Positions 30,524 through 39,575 of a DNA stretch of 64,000 nt are shown piece by piece (positions within the stretch are counted from its first letter, which is position 1; each line of letters starts with the position of its first letter). The stretch is from NCBI GenBank assembly GCA_036339735.1, contig JAYZAL010000041.1, positions 27,680 through 91,679 on the forward strand, given 5' to 3'. The position numbers and the translations under genes were made by a program. Source of the stretch: Candidatus Poribacteria bacterium. Its GTDB lineage: Bacteria; Poribacteria; WGA-4E; UBA9662. The notes beneath the pieces were generated by a model that worked only from the letters and a program-made list of their open reading frames with translations, did not search any database and was not told the DNA's origin.

Positions 30524-31477
30524 ATGATAGTTGATAATTTTATGACTCTGGAACAGAGATACGAACTTGTCAAAGAAGGGGTCGTTATCCTCCCAAAAAT
30601 TGTCTCTCAGGATTTATGCTGGACTGCAATTGAAGCCATCAAGAGAAAAGAAGGTGGAGCATCCAATGCAGTGCAAGCCCTATACCATAATTCGCCCCTA
30701 CGATCACTATTACAGGAACTACTTGGTGGTCAGATTTTGCCCGTCACCAGCGCACAAATTGCTGTCCGGATGCCTACACCGACTAGTCAGATTGACATCT
30801 ATATGGGGCGTCCTACCCCATCACCATTTGACTGGAATGGACATGTTGATGGTATTGCTATACACCCAGGACCACACCCAAACGACCCAGACTATGAGGC
30901 TCCAATTATGAGTTTTTCAGCTTTGGTTGGTGTCGCACTGAGTGAACAAACAAAACCAGACTGTGGTAACTTTGCTGTACTCCGCGGGTCTCATCTTACT
31001 AATGCTGCTTTTTTTAGTCATCAAGCATCTAAAGGTGGTCCATTAGGCCCAGGAGGACCAGATTGGCCAATAGAGCCTTGGCATCGACAACCTGGTAGCA
31101 ATGCTTCTCGTGGTCAGTGGCCTGATGTCAGACCACGCATGATCCCTCCTCCAACCCGATCCATGGGTGATTCCCCACGATACGTGGGGGAACCTGAAAA
31201 TGGAAGTTGGTGGCCATCGGCTACACAGCAGTTAATGTCTAAGGGGGATGCCGTAATAGCTCACTACCTAACATGCCATGGCGAAAGCCGTCATGTAGGC
31301 AAAAAACCTCGAAACATGGTTTTTTTTCGTATTAAACATCATCTCCACACAGAATATAGGCCAAGAGACCATAAAACCGCCGAAATGCATTACATGGCAA
31401 AAGTTTTGAGTGATCCTTGGTTAGAATGGAATGGGCTTGAAATGGATGAAAATTTCAGTAGTTCGATGGGTAAGTAA
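30524..31477 (+). CDS. Phytanoyl-CoA dioxygenase (PhyH)-family Fe(II)/2OG oxygenase
   Basis: GVVILP start, GHVDG (HxD), GNFAVLRGSH, GDAVIAHYLTCH (distal His), RNMVFFR. Confidence 0.75.
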   Translation: MIVDNFMTLEQRYELVKEGVVILPKIVSQDLCWTAIEAIKRKEGGASNAVQALYHNSPLRSLLQELLGGQILPVTSAQIAVRMPTPTSQIDIYMGRPTPSPFDWNGHVDGIAIHPGPHPNDPDYEAPIMSFSALVGVALSEQTKPDCGNFAVLRGSHLTNAAFFSHQASKGGPLGPGGPDWPIEPWHRQPGSNASRGQWPDVRPRMIPPPTRSMGDSPRYVGEPENGSWWPSATQQLMSKGDAVIAHYLTCHGESRHVGKKPRNMVFFRIKHHLHTEYRPRDHKTAEMHYMAKVLSDPWLEWNGLEMDENFSSSMGK

Positions 31478-31500
31478 ACTCAATCAGAGGATAGACGATT

Positions 31501-32838
31501 ATGACCAATCCTGACGGTAATTCCCGATTAAACAATGACGAATCCGGTGCTTATTACGATTGGACCAAAACAATGAAACCTGAGTCACCATGGACTCATG
31601 ATTATAACCAAACAGTAGTTATGAAACTACTACTCTGTACCCGGGACGGCGAGGGAAATGTAGACAAGGTCTATTTAACTTTTTCCGATGTAATAAGCGT
31701 TATCAGGCGAATTAATCATATTACTCTAGGTGTCCCCAAAATTATTTATCTGGTAGGATGGCAGTACAATGGTCATGATTCCAAGTATCCCGCTTGGGAT
31801 CAAGTAAATACAAGCCTAAAACGGTCTGAAGACTCAACATCGCTGGCCAGTTTGAAGTGGTTAATTAGGAAAGCAAAGGAATACAATACCACGATTAGCC
31901 TACATATCAATATGATTGATGCTTTTATGGAAAGCCCGTTGTGGGATGAATATTTGGCCTATGATATCATTGCCAAAGACTCTTCCGGTGATCCTATAAA
32001 AGGTGAAAATTTTAATGGGATGCAATCTTACCAGATCAGCTACGCCCGAGAATGGGAATTGGGGTTCGCCCAAAATAGGATTGATCGACTAGTTAATATG
32101 ATTCCCGAGTTGAAGGAATCTGGTACCATCCACATTGATGCCTTTCACTCCATGCGGCCATCAGGACCAGATGAGCCAATCAGTCCATACCTTGGCTTTA
32201 GTATTGATGATGAAATAGTAGCACAACGCAAGATCATTCGTTATTGGAGAAGATATGGTATCGATGTAACCGGCGAAGGTGCTATGTACTGGCTTCGAAA
32301 AGATCCATTTCTAGGGCTACAAGCAATGACGTGGCATTATGACGAAATGACATATGCTTATGAAAATTGGATTGGAAAACCCGACAATTTCACCTCATTA
32401 CCGGCTTTACTGAGTGCATACACACCGATGCATGCAGAACCAGAAATTATGCAAGACCCAAAAAATCTTCCGGGATTAATTGAGCAATTCTGTTTGAACG
32501 TGGTTCCTTGGTATTACCGTCGTAATACCGATGTGTCGAAAACAGGAACGGTGATCATGGATAGTGATGAAGTAGTATGTCCAATCCTTTGGAAAGAACA
32601 AGCTCTCATCGCTTATAGCCAGCAGGGATTTGATAATCGCAAGATAAAACTGCCATCACGTTGGACGAACATTACTAAAGTAAAAGCGGAGACACTAACG
32701 ATCGAGGGACTAAAGAATAGCCAGATTTTTCCGGTAGAAGAAGAAACAAACTGGCGAAATACGTCAAACAACTCGATTTCACTGTCATTACGACCAAGCC
32801 AAGCCGTTGTGATCCAACCAATCCCGCTTCAAAGCTGA
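31501..32838 (+). CDS. GH101-like endo-alpha-N-acetylgalactosaminidase family protein
   Basis: IYLVGWQYNGHDSKYP, SLHINMID, TIHIDAF, DVTGE motifs; GAGG RBS. Confidence 0.7.
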   Translation: MTNPDGNSRLNNDESGAYYDWTKTMKPESPWTHDYNQTVVMKLLLCTRDGEGNVDKVYLTFSDVISVIRRINHITLGVPKIIYLVGWQYNGHDSKYPAWDQVNTSLKRSEDSTSLASLKWLIRKAKEYNTTISLHINMIDAFMESPLWDEYLAYDIIAKDSSGDPIKGENFNGMQSYQISYAREWELGFAQNRIDRLVNMIPELKESGTIHIDAFHSMRPSGPDEPISPYLGFSIDDEIVAQRKIIRYWRRYGIDVTGEGAMYWLRKDPFLGLQAMTWHYDEMTYAYENWIGKPDNFTSLPALLSAYTPMHAEPEIMQDPKNLPGLIEQFCLNVVPWYYRRNTDVSKTGTVIMDSDEVVCPILWKEQALIAYSQQGFDNRKIKLPSRWTNITKVKAETLTIEGLKNSQIFPVEEETNWRNTSNNSISLSLRPSQAVVIQPIPLQS

Positions 32839-33044
32839 GAGGTATTTTAGCTTACGACACAATATAGAAACTCATGCCCCAATCATATTCAAACGGGGAA
32901 TTCGACCATTCCTAAGCAATTGAAGGGCATTCTTCTATAACTTGTCATTAGGTGGAGCTCCAATTACCCACTAAACGATGAATAATTGATGACAAATAGA
33001 AAGATATTATTCGCTGTTGTGAATTCCCAATACGTTTAGTTCTT

Positions 33045-34031
33045 TCACCGCTTAATCTCGCTCCAAGTAACCGGTAATTTGTCAACAGGTTCAATTGCTA
33101 ATCCCCTCAAAGCTCGATTGACTTCTACAAAAAAACCATTTTTCGTTTTGGCGTTATTGGGATAATACTTTACCTTACGATTAGTAATATCATCAAAGTG
33201 TAAGTTGAAGTAATCAGAACCACCACTTTCTCCACAACGATAAAGCAGCACATTACCACCACGGTTGAGTTCGACTTCAACATCGTAGCTTACTTTGAGT
33301 GCACCACCCGTCCACTTCGAGTTGTTATACCACTTTTCACCATTAATCCAGACTTGTGCCCAATCGTCATGTGCCGTAGACATAACAGCCTTCAACTTAC
33401 TTGGTGCTTGTATAACTAAGATGGCGTAGGTATCAAAATTTGACTGGTCGCCACCACCGTAATTTTCTCCCATATTGTTACCATTGTTTGGCGTAATCTC
33501 TATGATTTTCCAATCACAGGTCCCACCATTTTTTTTCCCCCAATTTAGCTTAGTATTCTGCGTTTTGAGCAAGCCTGCGGCCGTAGCTAACTTGGGCTGT
33601 GTCAATCTTTTATTGGTTCCCTTCTCGATTAAGTCTATCCGACCTGATTGCTGAAACCCTCCGTTATTGGTATAAATACCGGCAGGAGCATACCATTTTG
33701 TGATCCAAGGAGCACCAGGTCGATCTTGTTCTAGAGCTGCTGCCGCAGGATCATTCAGTAATTGTGCCCCTTTCAGAGGCCCCCCAGTAAGACGTTTACC
33801 TTTAGCAACTTGTCCTTGGTTATTACCTGGCTTATTGACATTATTACCCGGATTATTATCATTTAGTGGGTTGCAGACGCATTCGAGAACGATTCCGTTT
33901 TCGTTCTTCTCTTTTTCTTTGCAGACACAATCTAAATCTTGAGCGTGGGTGGAAAAATGAACTAGAAAGCTAAAACCGATGACACAAACTAACACCCAAA
34001 TTGGGGCCCGGATTATTTTAAATCGAAACAT
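33045..34031 (-). CDS. Secreted protein with CxC...CxC segment, PA14-like domain and C-terminal DKLPVTWSEIKR tail
   Basis: Signal peptide (THA|Q); HDDWAQVWING and VELNRGGNVLL (PA14-like); GAGG RBS before ATG 34031 (ORF track 34058). Confidence 0.65.
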   Translation of the reverse strand: MFRFKIIRAPIWVLVCVIGFSFLVHFSTHAQDLDCVCKEKEKNENGIVLECVCNPLNDNNPGNNVNKPGNNQGQVAKGKRLTGGPLKGAQLLNDPAAAALEQDRPGAPWITKWYAPAGIYTNNGGFQQSGRIDLIEKGTNKRLTQPKLATAAGLLKTQNTKLNWGKKNGGTCDWKIIEITPNNGNNMGENYGGGDQSNFDTYAILVIQAPSKLKAVMSTAHDDWAQVWINGEKWYNNSKWTGGALKVSYDVEVELNRGGNVLLYRCGESGGSDYFNLHFDDITNRKVKYYPNNAKTKNGFFVEVNRALRGLAIEPVDKLPVTWSEIKR

Positions 34032-34090
34032 ATCAAAAACCTCACAGTTGTTAAACACACTTACGCTTAAAGAAAAATATAAAAAATATT

Positions 34091-35392
34091 CTAACCAAAT
34101 TCATATGTAACTAAAGCTTGCAATTTTTCTACTACTTTGGGTTGATCAAGAATGAGGTTTTGCGTTTCGGCAGGATCGTTTTTCAAATCAAAAAGCCAAG
34201 ACTGACCTTCAAAACCTTGTACCAATTTGTGATGACCATCGTAAACCAATCTCCAATTATCTAGACCTGACAGCACGTATCGACGATGAACCTGATCATT
34301 ACCAGATAAAACCGATCGTAGGGTTCTCCCGTGTAGTTGAGAAGGTATCTTTGAATTAGCTTGATCTAGAAAGGTAGCAGTTAAGTCGATTAGACTAACT
34401 GGGATATCCGTTACAAAACCAGGTTTAACATTTGGTCCAGCGATAATTAAAGGTACGCCTATTGAAGATTGATAAGGCAAAGACTTACCCCATCTGTCAT
34501 GATCACCTAGCATCTCACCATGATCACTGCTGAAAACAATTAGTGTATTATCTAACTGATTTCTTTCGGATAGCCAATTGATGTATATGCCTAACCAACG
34601 ATCAATGTTCTCAATCATAGCAGAATAATTTTGCCGAACCTCATTTATTTCATCGGTAACCAATCGGTTGGTTGGGTGAGGAGGTGGAAAGTCAAATCCA
34701 GCATAAGTCGACTTCATTCGACTAGTTAGATCCCATGGGCTATGTGGACCTGTGAAGTTTATTTGTAAAAACCACGGACTACTATCGGAACATTGATTGA
34801 GTAGATTAAGCCCGTTTTGGGCGATCCAATTGTCACAGTAGGCACTTTCTGGTAAATCGGTGGGAAAAGTTGCCATTTTATTACTTCTTCGGCGTGCCAT
34901 ATCACTCAAGTGAACGTCAACTAACCCTTCTTGATACAGATAGTACATGTAGGGATCTTTTGGTTTTTCAGCCCCACTGCGAACAGCATCCCACTTACCA
35001 GCGTTGTCTATACCGTCAGTAAATCCCCAATCTTTAATCGATCCCTTTCCATCTATCCCCCAAGAAGAAGTCGCTTTATGCAGATCGAACTTGCCACAAC
35101 CCATCACTGAATAGCCTACGTTCTGTAAAGCTTGATAAAACGTCCAGTTCTCCAATGGATAATTATGACTGTTGTCTGGAACAGCACAATAATCATACTC
35201 CATACCAGAAGCTAAACAGGCACGGGCTGGTGCACAGACAGGCGAAGGCGTAACTGCATTAGTAAATCTCACGCCATTCTGGGCTAGTTCATCCAAGTAG
35301 GGGGTACGAACAGCATTGGTTGGTTCAGCACCGATCCAATCATGTCGATGTTGATCAGGAAAAAAGAAAAGAATATTTGGTTGTTGATTCAC
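34091..35392 (-). CDS. Formylglycine-dependent sulfatase (S1)
   Basis: PNILFFFPDQHR, CAPARA (CxPxR), GKFD, PHSP, SSDHGEMLGDH, K, FDLKNDP. Confidence 0.93.
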   Translation of the reverse strand: MNQQPNILFFFPDQHRHDWIGAEPTNAVRTPYLDELAQNGVRFTNAVTPSPVCAPARACLASGMEYDYCAVPDNSHNYPLENWTFYQALQNVGYSVMGCGKFDLHKATSSWGIDGKGSIKDWGFTDGIDNAGKWDAVRSGAEKPKDPYMYYLYQEGLVDVHLSDMARRRSNKMATFPTDLPESAYCDNWIAQNGLNLLNQCSDSSPWFLQINFTGPHSPWDLTSRMKSTYAGFDFPPPHPTNRLVTDEINEVRQNYSAMIENIDRWLGIYINWLSERNQLDNTLIVFSSDHGEMLGDHDRWGKSLPYQSSIGVPLIIAGPNVKPGFVTDIPVSLIDLTATFLDQANSKIPSQLHGRTLRSVLSGNDQVHRRYVLSGLDNWRLVYDGHHKLVQGFEGQSWLFDLKNDPAETQNLILDQPKVVEKLQALVTYEFG

Positions 35393-35448
35393 TATAACAG
35401 ACGAGCTAATCGGGTTAATTTGTATTCTAAGCGTAAATTATAATTATG

Positions 35449-36672
35449 TCAATCCAATCCAGTTTTATCATTTTCAATTTGTTCTAGCAACTGAGATAAC
35501 ATCCGCTTAAAGTCATCTACTTCATTGAATAAATCTGTGCCCTGAACAGAATGTTTCTCTCGGTAAAATTGATCGAAAACATCTTGAGGGGATTGGGTTA
35601 CAATATCCGAAGCAGAAAAATTATGGTGCTTATGATTTTCCGTTATAATTTCAACTGTTAACACATATCCACCTCGATCAGCAAAAGCTTGCCGAATTTG
35701 GTCTGCCATTCCCACTGTCGGTTGGGAACTTAACAATTTCACTTCGATGTATACATCTTTCCAATCTTGGTCAATTGAAGCAGCCAAAGATAAGATTTGG
35801 TTTATCTCTCCTTCCAACGTCACCAAACGTCGAAAAGTAGGAATGGTAATTTCTTTCCAATTTTCACCCGGCATTTTTTTATTTTGATTAAATTCGATTA
35901 GGGAGATTTTCTTATCCATTTTAGCCTCTCTGAAGGTCATTGGTATTGGTGTTCCAGAGTATCGAATTGGATAATTCTGGCCGGACAGCGATTGAGATTG
36001 GTGTAAATGACCAAGTGCTACATAATCGACTGTCGACGGAAAATCATTGACTCGAACAGAATTCAGACCACCAATCAAAATATTCCTTTCAGAACCAGTA
36101 TTAGAAGCACCTTGGACCGTTAAGTGTCCCATCAATATTTTGCCTAAATCAGTTGGGATTAAGTTGACACACTCCCGATAGATTTGTCGGATGGCAGATC
36201 GATATCGATCATGACGATTAGAAGTAGATTCCAGCGATTGATGTGAGAGAATCTCATTTTCGGAAAGATAAGGCAGAGCAACAATCGCTATTTTCGGATG
36301 ATCTTTTGGAAGATAAACAATTTGTTGGCTCAGATCAGAACGCAAAGTCCCAAAAACATGTATTCTGCCCATTTTCAGAAAATCACGATCTGCCTCTAGG
36401 CGCACGGCAGCATCATGATTACCTGCCGTGATTACCGCAGTTGTATCAGTTTGCGTGTAAAGCCGATGCAGAAAATAGTAATACAACTGCATCGACTCTG
36501 AAGAAGGGAGAGCAGTGTCAAACACATCACCGGAAATCAACAAAACATCTATGTGTTGATCAATAATTGTGTTCAGTAACCAATCTAGAAACTGTTGGTG
36601 CTCTTCGGTTCGGTGGTGCTGATAGAGCCGTTTACCAATGTGCCAGTCCGCAGTATGTAAGATTCTCATCAA
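35449..36672 (-). CDS. sbcD: Exonuclease SbcCD subunit D
   Basis: HTADWHIG, SGDVFD, AGNHD, MGHL, GSER, ALGHLH, RYSGTP. Confidence 0.93.
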   Translation of the reverse strand: MMRILHTADWHIGKRLYQHHRTEEHQQFLDWLLNTIIDQHIDVLLISGDVFDTALPSSESMQLYYYFLHRLYTQTDTTAVITAGNHDAAVRLEADRDFLKMGRIHVFGTLRSDLSQQIVYLPKDHPKIAIVALPYLSENEILSHQSLESTSNRHDRYRSAIRQIYRECVNLIPTDLGKILMGHLTVQGASNTGSERNILIGGLNSVRVNDFPSTVDYVALGHLHQSQSLSGQNYPIRYSGTPIPMTFREAKMDKKISLIEFNQNKKMPGENWKEITIPTFRRLVTLEGEINQILSLAASIDQDWKDVYIEVKLLSSQPTVGMADQIRQAFADRGGYVLTVEIITENHKHHNFSASDIVTQSPQDVFDQFYREKHSVQGTDLFNEVDDFKRMLSQLLEQIENDKTGLD

Positions 36673-36690
36673 ACCCCATACAGGTGCAGC

Positions 36691-39324
36691 TTAATGATGA
36701 ATACGAACTTGTATTGCCAACGGGTAACGACCGGCACGTTGAGAATAAAGAGTCAGACCTCCTAAATCAGACTGCAAATCCATTTGCAATTGTCCTCCAC
36801 TCAAGTTCAAATGGCTTGGGTCAATCGATACTCTGACCAAATGGCCATACTTACCATCAATTCCATTAATGTAGGATAAAGCCCCCCGGGCGTCTGCAGG
36901 TGCATTGGGTAAATTGATAGTATGGATATCGGTTCCATTGGCAATGATTTTAACTTCACTCGGCCATAATTCGTTATCGGTCTGCGGTGAGCCAATGACC
37001 GTCGAAGAAGCTTCAAAAATCAGTTCCATCGATTTGACCGTTTTTGTAATATCAGGCAACTCAATCGAATGAGACGAGGTGCCTTCACCTTCTATGACTA
37101 CCATCGGCTCATCTGCAAGGTCGTAGTTAATGACTGTTAGGTTAGGAGATTGTTCAACGACTGAAATTGGTTTCAAAATCTCAATATTAACAAAATTACG
37201 AGCTATTACCGATCCATCCTGATCCGTCACCCAAAGATGAAGAGTTCCTACTAACCTTTGATCAGGCAATTCCAACGACAAATGATGTACCTTGTCCACC
37301 TTATACGGATTAAACGTAATATCGGTGTAACCAGAAACCAAATCCAACTGTTTTTGGCCATGATGGTCTAATCCATCTAATCGCCAATGTAAAACTGTGC
37401 CGGAAACATTCTTATGGGAAAAATGGCTAGAGTATACATCAGCCGAAAACTCTTGGCCTGGTTCAAAAGTTAAGCCTGGGTGATGATCGATGGCAATAAA
37501 GTCAAGTGCATTGATATCATTATAGTCGTAACCAAACTGTTTCAAGCTACGATCATAATTCATGAAACCGTTATGTTCCCACTCTATATCCTGTAATTCT
37601 GTGTAAACATAACCACCGATTTTCTGGTATAACCGCATCTCGTTAGTTAGAAATTTGAAACTCCAAGAAATGTCTTTGTCCCCAGATCCGGCGGAAATAC
37701 CACCATATTCACTATTCAGCAGAGGCGCGTTTGTTTGTTGATTGCCACCCACATAATTAAACTCGGATCCAGGATAGGTTTGCTTAACTACGTTAGCAAT
37801 ATGATCCTTTGCTTCTTGATAGTCATTTATGTAAAAATGCCAGGTGTTAAGATCAGTTTCCACATGATCGTAGATACAAGGTGAATTATCTTCAGCTAAA
37901 CGTGTTGGGTCTAATTCACGAGTTAGGTGATACATCTGACGTACCCACTCTTGCCGATCTTTCATTTCAGCATATTGATGATATCCTAATCCCCAGGTTT
38001 CATTGAAATCACACCAAGCAATAATAGACGGGTGGTTAAAATCACGATCGATTGTTCCTCTTAAGGTCTCTTCCCAACGCTTCTGAGCTAATTCACCATA
38101 GCCACTATCACCGAAATTAGGCATGTCACACATAAACAGAATACCGAGCTTGTCCGCCCAATAGTAAAGACGGGGTTCATCAATTTTAATATGCAAGCGC
38201 AAAAAGTTAAATCCGAATTCCTTAGCTCGAACAACATCGTTTTTGATTTGGTCATCATCCAGAAAGGTGTAAACCCCTTCTGGAGTGTAAGACTGGTTCA
38301 ATGCTCCTAATAAATATGTAGGACGATTATTAACAAAGACATATTCGTAGTCAGTTCCCGGTAGCAATTGGCGAGTAACTTTTCTCATTCCGAAGTAGCT
38401 AGAAACTTTATCGATGACCTGACCGTCTTTTCTTAAATTAAAATCTATATCGTACAAGTGTGGAGTATCCACATCCCATAACTGTACTAGTTCCGGTTCT
38501 AAATGTAAGAGGATAACAGCTTGGTTGCCGGAAAACTCAATTTCAGTTTGCTTGACTGGAGCATTACTCTTCACTGCTAATCCAATTCCATCAATCTCTC
38601 CACCAGCGATATTGAGATTGATTTTGACCTGTGCTGTATCGATATCAGTATAGGTCTTAAAATCTTGGATATAAGTCTTTGATCGAGGTTCGAGATAGAC
38701 AGTTTGCCAAATCCCACTCGATCGAACATACCAACCAATCTGTTTCCCAGCTGGTTGGGCCGAATGGTCTTGTGGATCGTAGGCTCGGACAACTAAAGTA
38801 GCTAGTTGACCAACTACCAGATAATCTGTAATGTCAATTTCAAATGGCAAATAACCATTTTCGTTTTCGCCAACTAACTGTCCATTAACCCAAACTTTAG
38901 CCTGCCAATCTACAGCTCCAAATTTGAGAATAATTCGTTGATCGAACCAACTCTTAGGGGCAACGACCGTCCGCCGATACCAGCCAATAGTATGTCGATC
39001 GGCATCCCGATAATTACCAGAATTATCCAATCCACCACAGGTTACACTGTCTGGTTCCAAATAAGCATTTGTACTGAGGTAGTTAGAATTACTAGCTGAA
39101 GTTGCTTCACCCCAAGCTGCTAGGCTTTCCCATGGATAAGGTACAATAATCTTATCATTATAAACCTCACTACTATGCCACCCTTCACTTTCACCAACAT
39201 CATCTGGGTCAAATCGAAAATCCCATAGGCCATTAAGGTTAATCCAGTCGAGGCCTTCACTGGAACCACGCTGAAAATCAGGTCGAGGATACTCGGGGCG
39301 AGGAATGTCAATTATTCTCTTCAT
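36691..39324 (-). CDS. Glycoside hydrolase family 2
   Basis: PRPEYPRP, LNGLW.F, FGAVDW, GKQ, SGIWQTV, FGMR, RLHIK, RDFNHPSIIAW..FNE (acid/base), NSEYGG (nucleophile), YTELQDIE. Confidence 0.92.
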   Translation of the reverse strand: MKRIIDIPRPEYPRPDFQRGSSEGLDWINLNGLWDFRFDPDDVGESEGWHSSEVYNDKIIVPYPWESLAAWGEATSASNSNYLSTNAYLEPDSVTCGGLDNSGNYRDADRHTIGWYRRTVVAPKSWFDQRIILKFGAVDWQAKVWVNGQLVGENENGYLPFEIDITDYLVVGQLATLVVRAYDPQDHSAQPAGKQIGWYVRSSGIWQTVYLEPRSKTYIQDFKTYTDIDTAQVKINLNIAGGEIDGIGLAVKSNAPVKQTEIEFSGNQAVILLHLEPELVQLWDVDTPHLYDIDFNLRKDGQVIDKVSSYFGMRKVTRQLLPGTDYEYVFVNNRPTYLLGALNQSYTPEGVYTFLDDDQIKNDVVRAKEFGFNFLRLHIKIDEPRLYYWADKLGILFMCDMPNFGDSGYGELAQKRWEETLRGTIDRDFNHPSIIAWCDFNETWGLGYHQYAEMKDRQEWVRQMYHLTRELDPTRLAEDNSPCIYDHVETDLNTWHFYINDYQEAKDHIANVVKQTYPGSEFNYVGGNQQTNAPLLNSEYGGISAGSGDKDISWSFKFLTNEMRLYQKIGGYVYTELQDIEWEHNGFMNYDRSLKQFGYDYNDINALDFIAIDHHPGLTFEPGQEFSADVYSSHFSHKNVSGTVLHWRLDGLDHHGQKQLDLVSGYTDITFNPYKVDKVHHLSLELPDQRLVGTLHLWVTDQDGSVIARNFVNIEILKPISVVEQSPNLTVINYDLADEPMVVIEGEGTSSHSIELPDITKTVKSMELIFEASSTVIGSPQTDNELWPSEVKIIANGTDIHTINLPNAPADARGALSYINGIDGKYGHLVRVSIDPSHLNLSGGQLQMDLQSDLGGLTLYSQRAGRYPLAIQVRIHH

Positions 39325-39575
39325 CTGTAAACGCTCTCTAGTTCATGGTAAAAATTAAAAATTAGTTCAAATTCCAATCTTAGTACGGTACTGCTACAAA
39401 ATATGATACTGAGATGGAAAGGGAATACACCACCTTGTTTTCGTTTTAGTTGAAATTACTATTCCTAAATTCTCTCTTTCAATAGAAAAAGTTATTGATA
39501 TTCAAAAAACCTACGCCTGAGTCAACAGACAGTAATGTGGGACTGAAAAAATTAACTTCTCAAAAGCAAAAGTAT

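Noticed and set aside
7651-36672. SMC + SbcD as an SMC-based defence system (Wadjet/Lamassu-like)
   Set aside because: The SMC is a canonical hinge-containing condensin in the usual smc-ftsY context, and sbcD lies more than 24 kb away
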